Below the pieces are notes generated by a model that had not been told where the DNA came from, did not search any database, and saw only the letters and a program-made list of their open reading frames with translations. This document shows positions 9,873-20,271 of a stretch of 64,000 nt of DNA, in pieces. Source of the DNA: an uncultured delta proteobacterium (GTDB lineage: Bacteria; Desulfobacterota; Binatia; UBA9968); NCBI GenBank assembly GCA_963737905.1, contig CAVTUQ010000012.1:64001-128000 (forward strand), read 5' to 3'. A program made the position numbers and the translations under genes. Each line of letters starts with the position of its first letter. Position 1 is the stretch's first letter.

Positions 9873-10364
9873 ATGGCGTCCTTTGATATAGTTAGCCGGA
9901 TCGATTTTCAGGAGGTCGACAACGCGGTTAATATCACCAAGAAGGCGATCCTGTCACGCTACGATTTTCGCCAATCGAAAACGGAGATCACCCTCGACAA
10001 AAAGGAAAAGAAGATTCGCGTTACCACCGAAGACGATATGAAAATGAGAGCGGTGCAAGATACGCTCATCGAAAACCTAGTCAGGCGGAAAGTCGACCGA
10101 AAATGTCTGGACGCCAAAGAAAGCCATATGGCGTCGCAGGGCATGATCCAGCGGGAAATAGGAATCAGGGAAGGGGTGGACTCGGACACCGCTCGGAATA
10201 TCGTCAAAATGATCAAAGACCAAAAGGTGAGGGTCCAAGCGGCGATCCAGGAGAATCAAGTCCGGGTGACAGGAAAGAAGATTGACGATCTGCAGGCAGT
10301 GATTCAAATGTTACGCGGAGCCAAGATTCCCATTCCACTCCAGTTTATTAACATGCAGAGTTGA
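9873..10364 (+). CDS. yajQ: YajQ family nucleotide/c-di-GMP-binding protein
   Basis: SFDIVS, EVDNA, RYDF and QVRVTGKKIDDLQ motifs. Confidence 0.95.
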   Translation: MASFDIVSRIDFQEVDNAVNITKKAILSRYDFRQSKTEITLDKKEKKIRVTTEDDMKMRAVQDTLIENLVRRKVDRKCLDAKESHMASQGMIQREIGIREGVDSDTARNIVKMIKDQKVRVQAAIQENQVRVTGKKIDDLQAVIQMLRGAKIPIPLQFINMQS

Positions 10365-10410
10365 GTGAACAGTTGTCTTGGAATGAGCATCCAAAGGGAG
10401 CGAGGAGACA

Positions 10411-10809
10411 ATGATGGAAAAGATTAAAAAGAACGATGCCGAGTGGAAAAAAGAGCTGACGGACGAACAATTCCACGTTACCAGGAAGAAAGGCACGGAG
10501 CCCGCGTTCAGCGGGGAGTATTGGAATAACCACGAGAAGGGCATCTACCGTTGCAGCTGCTGCGGTAATGAGCTCTTTAGCTCGGATACCAAGTTTGATT
10601 CCGGAACGGGTTGGCCGAGTTTCTCGGCCCCTATCTCCGAAGAAAATGTCACCGCTGAAGAAGACAATAGCTTCTTCATGCGTCGAACCGAGGTTTTGTG
10701 CAGTAAATGCGATGCGCATTTAGGCCACGTCTTCGAGGATGGCCCACAGCCGACGAATCTTCGTTACTGCATCAATTCCGCTTCGCTGAAGCTGGACAAA
10801 CCGAAGTAA
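10411..10809 (+). CDS. msrB: Peptide-methionine (R)-S-oxide reductase
   Basis: GTE, CxxC pairs, GWPSF, HLGHVF and RYCINS motifs. Confidence 0.97.
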   Translation: MMEKIKKNDAEWKKELTDEQFHVTRKKGTEPAFSGEYWNNHEKGIYRCSCCGNELFSSDTKFDSGTGWPSFSAPISEENVTAEEDNSFFMRRTEVLCSKCDAHLGHVFEDGPQPTNLRYCINSASLKLDKPK

Positions 10810-10828
10810 CGGCTCCGGCGATGCACAT

Positions 10829-11284
10829 ATGGTGGAACCGGCTTTTCAGGACCAGGGCTCCGTCAGTCACTGTCACGGCTGCGGCGCAGATAACGAGAAG
10901 GGGTTACAGATCAAGAGTTTTTGGGAGGGGGACGAGGCGGTCGCCACCTGGAAGGCCCAACCGCATCACTGCGGTGGGAGCAAAGATATCGTCAACGGCG
11001 GGATTGTCGCATCATTGATCGACTGCCATAGCCTTAATTTGGCAATCGCGCGCGCCTATCGCTCGGAAGGCCGGCCCATCGGGAGCTCGCCCCGCATTGG
11101 GTACGTCACCGGAAATTTGAATGTCTCTTATCTGAAGCCGACGCCCATCGCCGAGCCTTTACACCTGAGAGCACGAATCACAAAAATCGAGGGACGCAAA
11201 GCCTGGGTGAGCTGTACTCTGACCGCGGCGGGGCAAGTGTGCGCCACAGGTGAAGTACTCGGCATTCGGGTGCAACGCGATTGA
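10829..11284 (+). CDS. PaaI-family hotdog thioesterase
   Basis: CHGCG..N..GL, NGGIVASLIDCH and YLKPTP motifs. Confidence 0.88.
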   Translation: MVEPAFQDQGSVSHCHGCGADNEKGLQIKSFWEGDEAVATWKAQPHHCGGSKDIVNGGIVASLIDCHSLNLAIARAYRSEGRPIGSSPRIGYVTGNLNVSYLKPTPIAEPLHLRARITKIEGRKAWVSCTLTAAGQVCATGEVLGIRVQRD

Positions 11285-11307
11285 AACGTCGCGCTGTTCT
11301 ATTCACT

Positions 11308-11356
11308 TTGAACCTTGAACCTGGAACGTTGGACCGGAACCCTAACTTTAAACCGC
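11308..11356 (+). repeat. Heptamer tandem repeat (TTGAACC)n, single arm
   Basis: ttgaacc ttgaacc tggaacg ttggacc; same unit as 3605-3633. Confidence 0.7.
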
Positions 11357-11388
11357 TCCGCTAGCTGCGATTTGGAAGGAAAGACACA

Positions 11389-12333
11389 ATGGAATACACC
11401 ACCCTTGGGACAACCGGGCTCAAAGTAAGCGTGGCCGGCCTTGGTTGCGGCGGCCCCAGCCGGCTTGGACTACGCGACAACGCGGACTCACAGGAGCGCG
11501 CTATTGGAATTGTGCGACAGGCGATCGATTTGGGTATTAACTTCATTGACACAGCACAGTCCTACGGAACCGAAGGCATTGTTAGCAAAGCGATCAGCGG
11601 AATTCCGCGAGAGCGACTGGTTATTTCCACCAAAAAGACTCTGCCGGGCGTGGATCACCCAAGTCCCGAGGACGAGATCAGGAAGGGTTTGGAGCAGAGC
11701 CTGAAACAACTCGGCACGGATTACATCGATGTCTACCATTTGCATGGCGTCGAGCCCGAGGACTATGACTTCGCCAGGGAGCGGCTCATGCCGGTGATGC
11801 GCCGCCTGCGCGAACAGGGAAAGATCAGATTTATTGGGGTGACGGAGGGCTTTGTGCAGGACCCATCGCATCAAATGCTCCAACAGAGCCTCAAGGAGGA
11901 TTTGTGGGACGTCGTGATGGTGGGCTTCAATCTTTTGAATCCGTCGGCTCGAAGGGCCGTTTTCTCAACGACTCGGGAAAAACAGGTGGGCGTGCTGAAT
12001 ATGTTTGCCGTGCGCAGAGCCTTGAGTCAACCGGATCGGCTGAAAGCAATCGTTGCCGATCTAATCCAGAAGGAAGCGATTTCTCGCGACGCCGTAAACG
12101 CTAAGGATCCTCTCGACTTTTTGCTGAGGGAAAGCGGCGCGAAGACGCTCCCCGAAGTGGCCTACCGCTTCTGTCGGCATGAACGCGGTGTCCATGTCGT
12201 CTTGACCGGCACCGGGAATTCGGAGCATTTAAAAGCCAATGTCGAGTCGATTTTGAAACCGGCTCTCCCATTGCCTTTGCTTCAGAAGCTCGAAGCAATC
12301 TTCGGCAACTTGGACACGCTCACCGGAAATTGA
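11389..12333 (+). CDS. Aldo/keto reductase
   Basis: GLKVS..GLG, DTAQSYG, SLKQLGTDYIDVYHLH and GKIRFIG motifs. Confidence 0.93.
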   Translation: MEYTTLGTTGLKVSVAGLGCGGPSRLGLRDNADSQERAIGIVRQAIDLGINFIDTAQSYGTEGIVSKAISGIPRERLVISTKKTLPGVDHPSPEDEIRKGLEQSLKQLGTDYIDVYHLHGVEPEDYDFARERLMPVMRRLREQGKIRFIGVTEGFVQDPSHQMLQQSLKEDLWDVVMVGFNLLNPSARRAVFSTTREKQVGVLNMFAVRRALSQPDRLKAIVADLIQKEAISRDAVNAKDPLDFLLRESGAKTLPEVAYRFCRHERGVHVVLTGTGNSEHLKANVESILKPALPLPLLQKLEAIFGNLDTLTGN

Positions 12334-12338
12334 GCGAC

Positions 12339-13457
12339 TCAATTCGACTCTTCGCTTTGGAACAGCTTGGAGTACTGTTCCCACGGCGCGGGAGCGACCT
12401 GGGCGGTTTTGAGATTTTCTTCAACGTGCGAAAGCTGTTTCATCCCTACGAGTGCCGTCGTAACGCCCGGAGTCGAGCGGACGAACTGCAAGGCTCTCTG
12501 GCCGTCCGTCTCTAAAGATTGAAAAGTGTCGTTGATGATGGACGGGAGGTTACGCGTGAGCTGACCTTGCAACACCGAAGCGCTGCACATAACGCTGATG
12601 CCGAGTGCTTGCGCCGCTTCTAACGTCGTGAGTTGCTTCCCCTCGAGCTGCTGGTTGGAGAGAGATAGCGCCTCAGTCATGCCCAGGTTGAGGGGCAGCT
12701 GAATGACTTTGAACCGGTGGTTTTTCCCGCCCGCCTTGGAGGCCAGTTCCACGGTGTCGGCTAGAGACAGGTAGTCTTTTGCCGCCGGATCGTTACGGTA
12801 TCCGTTCCAGGTTGCAGCGCCGTACAGGCGGATCTTTCCCGCCGCGACAGCGTTCTCCAACGACTCAAAGGCCCGCAGCAATCGGTCGCTGAATTCCGCG
12901 CGCGCAATCTTTCCGAGTTGGGTTTCGGGATTGTGAACGTAGTAGATGTCGACACATTCCAAGTCGAGGTTGCGAAGGCTGCAATCCAGCTGGTGCGAAA
13001 GATAGCTCGGTGTCATGCAGTGACAACTGGCGATCACGTCAGCGAGCTGCGCGACGCCGGGCGTAACGAAGGTTGCCTCAAAATAGCTCCGCATGTCGCT
13101 GGGCGGGACACCCTCGTACGGAATAAAGCCGCCTTTCGTCGCTACGACGATCTCGTCGCGATTGAATCCGCGAGACACCAGCTCTTTCAGCGCTGTGCCG
13201 ATGGAGCGTTCGCTCCGCTGGCAACGGTAATTGATGGCGGTGTCGACGACGTTGCAACCCGATTCGACGGCGCGGACGATCGCGTCGTGGTAGAGCTTGT
13301 CCGTCTCCACATCGTGATTACCCAGATAAGTGCCGATGCCGATGGACGATAGCCACAGTCCTTGAGACTGGCGAAAATGTCCGGACGAAATCTTGCCTTC
13401 GAAACGCTTGCGATAGCGCTCCGTGCCTTCAGCCGTGGCTGATCCTTGAAGCTTCAT
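12339..13457 (-). CDS. Aldo/keto reductase
   Basis: SIGIGTY, DTAINYR and SLRNLDLECVDIYYVHNP motifs. ATG 13457 overlaps the stop of the DoxX gene. Confidence 0.92.
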   Translation of the reverse strand: MKLQGSATAEGTERYRKRFEGKISSGHFRQSQGLWLSSIGIGTYLGNHDVETDKLYHDAIVRAVESGCNVVDTAINYRCQRSERSIGTALKELVSRGFNRDEIVVATKGGFIPYEGVPPSDMRSYFEATFVTPGVAQLADVIASCHCMTPSYLSHQLDCSLRNLDLECVDIYYVHNPETQLGKIARAEFSDRLLRAFESLENAVAAGKIRLYGAATWNGYRNDPAAKDYLSLADTVELASKAGGKNHRFKVIQLPLNLGMTEALSLSNQQLEGKQLTTLEAAQALGISVMCSASVLQGQLTRNLPSIINDTFQSLETDGQRALQFVRSTPGVTTALVGMKQLSHVEENLKTAQVAPAPWEQYSKLFQSEESN

Positions 13458-13924
13458 CTTGTACCTTTGCCTCCGCGAAAAATAAGACCATCCAATCCCA
13501 GCGCGCGGCCGGGGTTGGAGAGTAGGAAGATGATCAGTGAGACGATGAACGTTTGTTGTTGGGCCAGGGTCGCGCCGCCCCGGGCCATGCCGGGTCCAAG
13601 ATAATAATTGATCACCATGAACAGAGCGACGAAAGCGCTCAGGCGCGTCAGGAGACCGAGGAGCAAACATCCCCCCGCTAGAATCTCACCCGACATTACA
13701 AGGTAACCGAATAGCTCTTGATGCGGAACCACATAGTCAACGAGGAACTTTTTGTACCATGGGTAGAGGTCGAGGGTGGCGAGGTCGCCGATTTGTCGGC
13801 CGATCCAGTCGCCGTGCGGAAAATCCCGCTGAAACTTTCTGACACCCTGCTGCAGCATATAGTAGCCGACGTAAATGCGCAGAAGGGCGACGTACCAGAG
13901 ATAGGTCCTCTCCTTAAGGTTCAT
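13454..13924 (-). CDS. DoxX-family membrane protein
   Basis: LRIYVG and GEILAG..LLLGLLTR motifs, ending GR.LGLD. Confidence 0.85.
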   Translation of the reverse strand: MNLKERTYLWYVALLRIYVGYYMLQQGVRKFQRDFPHGDWIGRQIGDLATLDLYPWYKKFLVDYVVPHQELFGYLVMSGEILAGGCLLLGLLTRLSAFVALFMVINYYLGPGMARGGATLAQQQTFIVSLIIFLLSNPGRALGLDGLIFRGGKGTR

Positions 13925-14049
13925 TTTGTTTCCCCGCGAGACAGACGGAGGGTGCCACCGGATTGTTGATTTGATCTCAACCAGGAGCTGAGAATGAAAG
14001 ACGTCTCAACATGCGCCCGCATGGGGCGGCAAACCGTGCCAAGCCACCG

Positions 14050-14820
14050 CTAGAATGCGTCTTTAAGCTTCCGCACCGTTGCAAATACTGAAATCGGATC
14101 CAGTCGAAGACCGGGCGAACCGGCTTTCAAGCTCGCCTGGATTTCCTTGCTGTCCCAGCGTAGGAACGGGTTCGTTTGCTTTTCCTCTTCGATCGTCGAA
14201 GGAACCGTGGAGGCGCCGCGACTTCTTAACCCCTGGACTCTTTCGAACCGAGAAACAAGTTTGTGATTTTTAGGTTCCAGGGTCATGGCGAAACGGAGGT
14301 TGCTCTCCGTGTATTCGTGACCGCAGTAGACTTTTGTGTCGTCGGGCAGGCCCATGAGCTTCTTCAAGGACCCGTGCATCTGCTCCGGTGTGCCCTCGAA
14401 CAGGCGACCACAACCCGCGGTGAACAATGTGTCGCCGCAGAAAAGATTATTGCCGAAAAGATAAGCGACATGGCCCGTGGTGTGGCCCGGAATGAAAAGG
14501 ACGCTTCCTCGCTCCTCACCGATAGTGATCTCGTCCTCTTCCTCAACGCCGTGGGTGAGTCCCGGGATCCTTCCTTGGTCGCTCTTGTGACCGTAGACCT
14601 CGAGACTCTGCTTGGCCAGCAACCCCTCGTTCCCGCCCGTATGGTCACGGTGATGGTGGGTATTCAGAATGGCTTTTAATGTCACCTTCTCCAGTTCGAC
14701 GCGCCGCAAAACCGGTTCGGCTTCAGACGGATCGACAATCCCCGCCGTATTGGTTTTTGGGCAGATGAGAAGGTAGCCATAATTGTCTCGAAGCAACGGA
14801 ATTTGAACGATTTTCATCAT
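14050..14820 (-). CDS. gloB: Hydroxyacylglutathione hydrolase (glyoxalase II)
   Basis: DNYGY, THHHRDHTGG, PGHT, GDTLF..GCGR, CGHEYT and TNPFLR motifs. Confidence 0.96.
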   Translation of the reverse strand: MMKIVQIPLLRDNYGYLLICPKTNTAGIVDPSEAEPVLRRVELEKVTLKAILNTHHHRDHTGGNEGLLAKQSLEVYGHKSDQGRIPGLTHGVEEEDEITIGEERGSVLFIPGHTTGHVAYLFGNNLFCGDTLFTAGCGRLFEGTPEQMHGSLKKLMGLPDDTKVYCGHEYTESNLRFAMTLEPKNHKLVSRFERVQGLRSRGASTVPSTIEEEKQTNPFLRWDSKEIQASLKAGSPGLRLDPISVFATVRKLKDAF

Positions 14821-14920
14821 CGATTTTTTCTTTGCTCCTGATAGCGCGGTGGGATGATACTTACAACTATCGGATTTTACCCGACTCTTCAATCAAAAAA
14901 TAATGCGTGAACAGTTTCGC

Positions 14921-14950
14921 TTGACCCGGCCGCGGTAAGTCTCCTATAGT
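14921..14950 (+). promoter_or_regulatory. Putative sigma70 promoter of the FIST gene
   Basis: TTGACC-18 nt-TATAGT, ending 8 nt before ATG 14959. Confidence 0.5.
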
Positions 14951-14958
14951 CGAGCATC

Positions 14959-16137
14959 ATGATTCGTGCCGGAGCCGGGCAATCCGCTAACCCATCGACG
15001 GAGCGGGCGGCTGAGCAAGCCGCAATGGAAGCGATGGCCCAAGCGGGAATTTCGCGGGCTGACGCTGTGGTCGTTTTTTTTACGGCGGATCATGCTCTTC
15101 ACAGCCAAAGCCTGCTTTCCACGCTGACCCGAGTGACTCGAAGCGACCGGATCGTGGGCTCCAGCGGCGCCGGAATCCTGACGGGCGACGGAGAGATCGA
15201 GGGCCAGCACGGCCTGGCGGTGCTCGTGCTCGCGTCGGATCAAATGCAGAGTCGGCCTTTCCTATTTGAGCCGTTGCGCGAGCGTGATGAAGAAGTCGGG
15301 GCCGAAATAGCACAAATGGTCGGTGCTGATCAGCGCTCTCTGTTAGCCCTGTTTCCGGACACCTACAACGGCCAACCGCATCAGTTGTTGCACAGCATTG
15401 AGGAAAAGATCGGCTTTGTTCCCGTGGTCGGCGCCGGATCCACCGAGAATGGAGTGGCGCAGGCGACTTATCAAATTTGCGGTGAAAAGTGTCAATCGAA
15501 TTCCGTCGCAGGGCTGCAACTTTCAGGTTCCTTTGAAGCGGTCATCGATATCACACAGGGCTGCCAACCGATCACGGAGCCGATGGTCATTACGAAGGCC
15601 GAGAGAAATCTAATTCACGAGATCGATGATCGCCCGGCTCTAGAAGTTTTCGCTAAACTCCTTAAAGGCCCTCTCGCAGAAGACCTGAGGCGCGCACTGA
15701 TGTTCATTTTCGTCGGACTGCCGCCCGGCCCGGACCGAGACACTATCGTCCCTGGACAATATCTCGTGCGCAACATCATCGGCTTGGATCCCGCGAAGGG
15801 AATCATAGGCGTTGCGGACCAGGTAAAAGAAGGACAGTCGATGATCTTTACCTTGCGCGACGGTCAACGAGCGCGGGAGGATCTGAATCAAATGCTCGAG
15901 CGGCAGGCTCGAAAACTAGAGGGAAGAAAGCCCGCCTTCGGTCTCTATTTTAACTGCTGTGCTCGCGGCAACTCGCTCTATGGAATGCCCGGAATCGATA
16001 CGGCCTACATTCAGCAGGCACTGGGCGGTTTTCCCTTGCTCGGCACGTTCGGCGGCTATGAGCTTGCACCTCTGGGAGCAAAGAATCATCTTTTCGCCTA
16101 TACCGGCGTCTTGGCCTTAATCACCGACAAAAGTTAG
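14959..16137 (+). CDS. FIST N/C-domain protein
   Basis: ITQGCQPI, YLVRNIIG, FNCCARG and GGYELAP motifs. Confidence 0.92.
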   Translation: MIRAGAGQSANPSTERAAEQAAMEAMAQAGISRADAVVVFFTADHALHSQSLLSTLTRVTRSDRIVGSSGAGILTGDGEIEGQHGLAVLVLASDQMQSRPFLFEPLRERDEEVGAEIAQMVGADQRSLLALFPDTYNGQPHQLLHSIEEKIGFVPVVGAGSTENGVAQATYQICGEKCQSNSVAGLQLSGSFEAVIDITQGCQPITEPMVITKAERNLIHEIDDRPALEVFAKLLKGPLAEDLRRALMFIFVGLPPGPDRDTIVPGQYLVRNIIGLDPAKGIIGVADQVKEGQSMIFTLRDGQRAREDLNQMLERQARKLEGRKPAFGLYFNCCARGNSLYGMPGIDTAYIQQALGGFPLLGTFGGYELAPLGAKNHLFAYTGVLALITDKS

Positions 16138-16148
16138 AGTGCGAGTCA

Positions 16149-16279
16149 ATTTTAGATTTTCGATTTTCGATTGTCGGAGCGAAAATCATAACGCTTCATT
16201 CCGCGTTTCTCTATCCCGTTCCAAAATCGAAAATCGGCAATCCAAAACCTGTCCTGAGCTAAGCCGAAGAATCCAAAAT
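16149..16279. repeat. Heptamer inverted tandem repeat (ATTTTCG)n ... (AAAATCG)n with an embedded REP-like unit
   Basis: Arms at 16149-16177 and 16220-16279. CCTGTCCTGAGCTAAGCCGAAG sits inside the right arm. Confidence 0.8.
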
Positions 16280-16301
16280 GGGGGTGAGGTGAGATGGCCG
16301 G

Positions 16302-18128
16302 TTAGGCGCGTCCGATTCGTTTCCGCTTGTTGGCGATATAGTCCACCATGATGTAGTTGCCCATCTGATCCGGCGAGGTGTAAAAAACCCGCCCCGTATT
16401 GAGACGGGAAAGCTGATCAATGAAACCCTGCCGGTAAAAGTCGGCGCCTAACATAAAAGTATTGATTTTGATCCCGCTCTGAGTGCAGCGCTTCACTTCC
16501 TTCAGTGTCTCGTGAACGATGCGGCTATGGAGTAGAGCAGAACCCCAGCCGCTGTGGAGCCGCCCGCCCCGGTCCAAGGTCGCCGCGGTGGGCTCACCGT
16601 CGGTGATCAGGATGATCTGCCGGTTGGTAGTCTTGTGCGAGCCCAGCAGTTGGCGCGCAAAACGCAGGGCTTCCTTAATGTCCGTGCCGTGCTCCATAAA
16701 GTAAGTGAGAGAGACGATCGACGGAAGGTCCTCCGCCTTGATCAGCTTGGCGTTGGACCGAAAGGCGACCAGGTGCAAAGTATCCTGCGGGTATTTGGTC
16801 TCAATGAGCCGGTGCAGAGCCAGCGCGACCTTTTTACCGGCGTGGAGCGCGTCGTTCATCAACATCGAATAGCTCACATCAATCAATAGAGCGGTTTCGC
16901 TGGCGGTGGAAAATTCCACGCGGTGAACGGAAAAATCCTCCGGTGCAATTTTCAGCGGAGCGCCTTTCTTGCGTTTTTCAAGGGCGTTCAACAGTGTTTC
17001 GCTGATATTGATATTCATGGGGTCGCCGTACTCATAGTTTTTCGTTTCTTCGAGGCGGTCACCCTGCGAGCCCCGTACGGCGGTGTTGTGGTTGCCCCAG
17101 CGGCTTTTGTTTAGCATCTGAAAGATTTCGCGCAGCGCCTTGTCCCCGATCTTTCTTATGCCCTTCGGTGTCAACTTGAGTCCGTGGTTGGTCCGGACGA
17201 TGTATCCCTCTTCTTCTAGCATCTGCTCGACGCCTTTAAGATATTTCAAGTTCTCGTAGGCTTCTTCGCCAAGGAGCTGGCGAATTTCCTCGAGGTCGAG
17301 CTCGGAAGGATCACCCATGCCCCGTTGTCCCCAGCGGAGAAAACGCTCCAGGCCGCGCAGTTGGCCGAGGATCTGACCCGCCTCACCCATGCCCATGCGC
17401 TGGGAACCCTGAAATGGGTATTGATTCAGAAGTTGTTCCAGCTGCTGCATCTGGCTCATCATGTCGCTCAATTGCTGCAGTTGTTCTTGGGTCATGGAGT
17501 CGAGGTTTTCCAGCATGTTGTCGAGATCGTCGACGGCGGCGTCCAGCATGTTGGGTAGGTTCTTGAGAAAGTTCTCGTCCTGTAAAAGCTGGTTCATTCT
17601 ATCGAGCATATCCATCAAGCTCTGATAGTTCTGTCCCGTCAGGTTTTGGCGCTGCTGGGTGCTGCGCTCGGAGATCTGATTTTGCAGCCGGTTTCTCAAT
17701 TCTTGATAGCGCTGATAAGCCTCCTGCATCCGGCGCTGCATCTCGTCCATGTTCCCGGCATATTTCCCCGATAGGCGTTCCATGAAATTCCGCATTTGCT
17801 CGTGGTAGGCCTCGAGTTTTTCCGCCAGGCTGCTGAGTTTGTCGCTGAGGGCTTTTTCTTCTTCCGGGGTCAGCTTGAAAGAATCGGGAGAATATTTTTT
17901 GAGCATCTCGCGGCGCTTCTCTTCCGCTTCGCGCAGGAAATCGCGCATCCCTTTGACCGAACGCAGCCCGTCTTCCGACGTCAAGCCGCGGCGCATGAGA
18001 TCACGGAGCGCGCGCCGCACCCCTTCTTCTTCCAAGAGGTTGTCGGAAAGATGCTTGAGGAGATCGTCCGTGGTGGGAAAGAGCACTTCCTGCGTGCCGT
18101 CCCATTGGGTGTAGCGATGGATTCTCAT
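16302..18128 (-). CDS. VWA-domain protein with long coiled-coil N-terminus
   Basis: MIDAS-like DVSYSM, GTDI and ITDGEPT motifs; LTPKGIRKIG. ATG at 18128. Confidence 0.9.
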   Translation of the reverse strand: MRIHRYTQWDGTQEVLFPTTDDLLKHLSDNLLEEEGVRRALRDLMRRGLTSEDGLRSVKGMRDFLREAEEKRREMLKKYSPDSFKLTPEEEKALSDKLSSLAEKLEAYHEQMRNFMERLSGKYAGNMDEMQRRMQEAYQRYQELRNRLQNQISERSTQQRQNLTGQNYQSLMDMLDRMNQLLQDENFLKNLPNMLDAAVDDLDNMLENLDSMTQEQLQQLSDMMSQMQQLEQLLNQYPFQGSQRMGMGEAGQILGQLRGLERFLRWGQRGMGDPSELDLEEIRQLLGEEAYENLKYLKGVEQMLEEEGYIVRTNHGLKLTPKGIRKIGDKALREIFQMLNKSRWGNHNTAVRGSQGDRLEETKNYEYGDPMNINISETLLNALEKRKKGAPLKIAPEDFSVHRVEFSTASETALLIDVSYSMLMNDALHAGKKVALALHRLIETKYPQDTLHLVAFRSNAKLIKAEDLPSIVSLTYFMEHGTDIKEALRFARQLLGSHKTTNRQIILITDGEPTAATLDRGGRLHSGWGSALLHSRIVHETLKEVKRCTQSGIKINTFMLGADFYRQGFIDQLSRLNTGRVFYTSPDQMGNYIMVDYIANKRKRIGRA

Positions 18129-18286
18129 TACGTCTGGACTATAGCGCAGTTTATTTGGGATTAAAACCCCGAAGAAGGCTCCGATGACGCCTGAAATCAG
18201 CCTTACGAGAACGCGCACCGGCGCCGCCGTTGGCAGGGTATGGCCCAGGCCACGGGAATGAGCTATGTGTAGAGAAGAGATTGCTC

Positions 18287-19402
18287 ATGATTTCGGCGGA
18301 TTGCGTTGTCATCGGCGCGGGGTTCGCGGGAGCCGCGACGGCTTATCATTTGACCCGGTTAGGACTAACGGACATCTTGCTCCTGGAGCAAGAGACTGTC
18401 CCGGGGTTTCATTCATCCGGGCGCAATGCGGCGATGATTCGCCAATGTGTTCCGGACCCGGCGCTGGCCCAGCTCACCCGGGACGGCGCCGCGTTTTTAA
18501 GGGATCTGCCTTCGGACTGGCCCGTGCCGGTCGAGTTCAAGCAAAACGGCTCCCTGCTGCTCGGAAGCGGCAAAGGTTGGGAGAAGCTCAGGCACGATAC
18601 CGGCATCGGCCTAAGCTTGGGCGTTGAGGTAACTTCGTGGACTCCGGAGCAGGCGAAGAGCCACGTTCCGGTTCTCAAAGAAGCGGAGTTCGACGGCGCA
18701 GCATGGTGCGCTAGCGACGGGATTATCGATATCCATGCGCTGTTATCGGGCTATCTCAAAGCAGCGACAGCCAGAGGAATACGCGTTCGCTATGGCAGCG
18801 CGGTCCAGGCCATTCGCCCGATGGGTGTTGATGAACTTGAAGTCATCAGCAATGGCGAGAGTATCAAGACCGGCGTAGTGGTTAACGCAAGCGGTGCCTG
18901 GGCGAATACAGTTGCGAAGATGGCCGGAGCAGTCGAGTTGCCGCTTCACCCTTGCCGGCGTCATCTGTTTGTGTCGCCGCCACTCGATTGGGTTGATCCG
19001 AGTTGGCCGTTTGTCTGGGACGTAAGCCACGATATCTATTTCCGTCCCGAAGGCGAGGGCTTACTCCTTTGCGCCTGCGATCAACAGGAGTTGCCACCGG
19101 GCGATCCGCCTGTGGACGAAACGGTGCAGGAGCTTTTGGCGGAAAAAATCCAAAATTACATCCCCGCTCTTTCACGGGTAAGCATAAGCAAAAGATGGGC
19201 TGGATTTAGGACCTTGTCTGCCGACGGTCGTTTCGTTATTGGTTGGGATCCGAAGGTCAGGGGTCTGTTTTGGGTCGCCGGTCTCGGAGGTCACGGCGTC
19301 ACTACCAGCTCAGCTGTCGGTGCCTTGGCTGCCGAACTGATCTTGGGAGGGCCCGACCAGAGATCCGATCCTTTCTCCCCCCATAGATTTATTGGCTCTT
19401 GA
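18287..19402 (+). CDS. FAD-dependent oxidoreductase (DAO/sarcosine oxidase beta-like)
   Basis: IGAGFAG, SSGRNA, WAGFR and GGHG motifs. Confidence 0.92.
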   Translation: MISADCVVIGAGFAGAATAYHLTRLGLTDILLLEQETVPGFHSSGRNAAMIRQCVPDPALAQLTRDGAAFLRDLPSDWPVPVEFKQNGSLLLGSGKGWEKLRHDTGIGLSLGVEVTSWTPEQAKSHVPVLKEAEFDGAAWCASDGIIDIHALLSGYLKAATARGIRVRYGSAVQAIRPMGVDELEVISNGESIKTGVVVNASGAWANTVAKMAGAVELPLHPCRRHLFVSPPLDWVDPSWPFVWDVSHDIYFRPEGEGLLLCACDQQELPPGDPPVDETVQELLAEKIQNYIPALSRVSISKRWAGFRTLSADGRFVIGWDPKVRGLFWVAGLGGHGVTTSSAVGALAAELILGGPDQRSDPFSPHRFIGS

Positions 19403-19418
19403 ACATTTGGAGGGTGTC

Positions 19419-20186
19419 ATGGCTGATCCTACAGAAAAGCTCTTGCCACGATTTCGTTACGGCGTGATCCATCCCCGCGCAAACGAAGAGTTCCAGCGAG
19501 GGCCGGGTTACCAACTCTACCGGCTCGTGCCGCTGGATGTCATGGAAATATCCACCGGGCTTGGCCTCGAGAACTATACTCCCGAGGGGGTCGAGAAGGC
19601 GGTTGGCAACTACTGGAAATGCGTCGAGATCCTGGCCAAGCAAAAGGCGGACATGATTATTTTCAGTGGCGCGCCGATCTCAGGAGTGTTGGGCCGGCCG
19701 CGGGTGGTCGAGTTGCTGCGCCAGACGAAAGAAAAAACCGGCGTCCCGGCAGATGCGCCGCTGGAAGCTCTCATAGCCGCCATGAACCATCTAGGGCTCA
19801 AGACTTTGACGATTGGCAGCAGATGGGCCGACGCAGTCAACGAAGCGATGACGCGTTATCTGGAAGCGGGCGGAATTAGAGTCGTCGGAATCACCAAAAG
19901 AAACCAATGGGCCGCCGACGCGTTTGCCATGTCCCTAGAGGAAGGGCTGAAGATCGCACTCGACGTTGGGCGGGAAGCGGCAAGGCTGGCGCCCGAGGCG
20001 GATGCCATCGCCGTGCCTGGGGGAGCGGCTATGGCTCTCCACGTCATCCCCGCTTTAGAAGAGGAATTTGGCAAGCCGGCATTTACAAATATGAGCGTGG
20101 AGGTTTGGAACGACTTGGTGCGTCCCGGTATTATCCCGCCGGTCCAAGGATGGGGATGTCTGCTCGCAAATCAGCGCCGGCCATAA
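19419..20186 (+). CDS. Maleate isomerase/arylmalonate decarboxylase (Asp/Glu racemase fold)-like protein
   Basis: Family layout (A...LGLKTLTIGS, YLEAGGIRV, PEADAI, LEEEFGKP, GWGCLL). The usual catalytic Cys positions read SGAP and PGGA. Confidence 0.75.
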   Translation: MADPTEKLLPRFRYGVIHPRANEEFQRGPGYQLYRLVPLDVMEISTGLGLENYTPEGVEKAVGNYWKCVEILAKQKADMIIFSGAPISGVLGRPRVVELLRQTKEKTGVPADAPLEALIAAMNHLGLKTLTIGSRWADAVNEAMTRYLEAGGIRVVGITKRNQWAADAFAMSLEEGLKIALDVGREAARLAPEADAIAVPGGAAMALHVIPALEEEFGKPAFTNMSVEVWNDLVRPGIIPPVQGWGCLLANQRRP

Positions 20187-20271
20187 GGTCCTTTTTACTG
20201 TGCTTCACGCTTTTCGCAGCTTGCCTAAATTTTTCCAGTGGCCCGTGGTGACAATCCAAAACGGGGATTTG

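Noticed and set aside
12339-13670. Long N-terminal extension of the aldo/keto reductase, and similar extensions at 33310, 36327, 28152 and 27022
   Set aside because: The extensions overlap neighbouring genes or repeats, and downstream ATGs give family-typical starts.
14028-14045. Sigma54-like TGGCAC..TTGC on the minus strand upstream of the DoxX gene
   Set aside because: The GG-to-GC spacing is shorter than the required 10 nt.
16139-16351. ORF 16139-16351, and likewise 20200-20442, 44149-44406 and 47926-48135
   Set aside because: These are translations of the intergenic repeats (e.g. FRFSIFD, SKIENRQSK), not protein-like.
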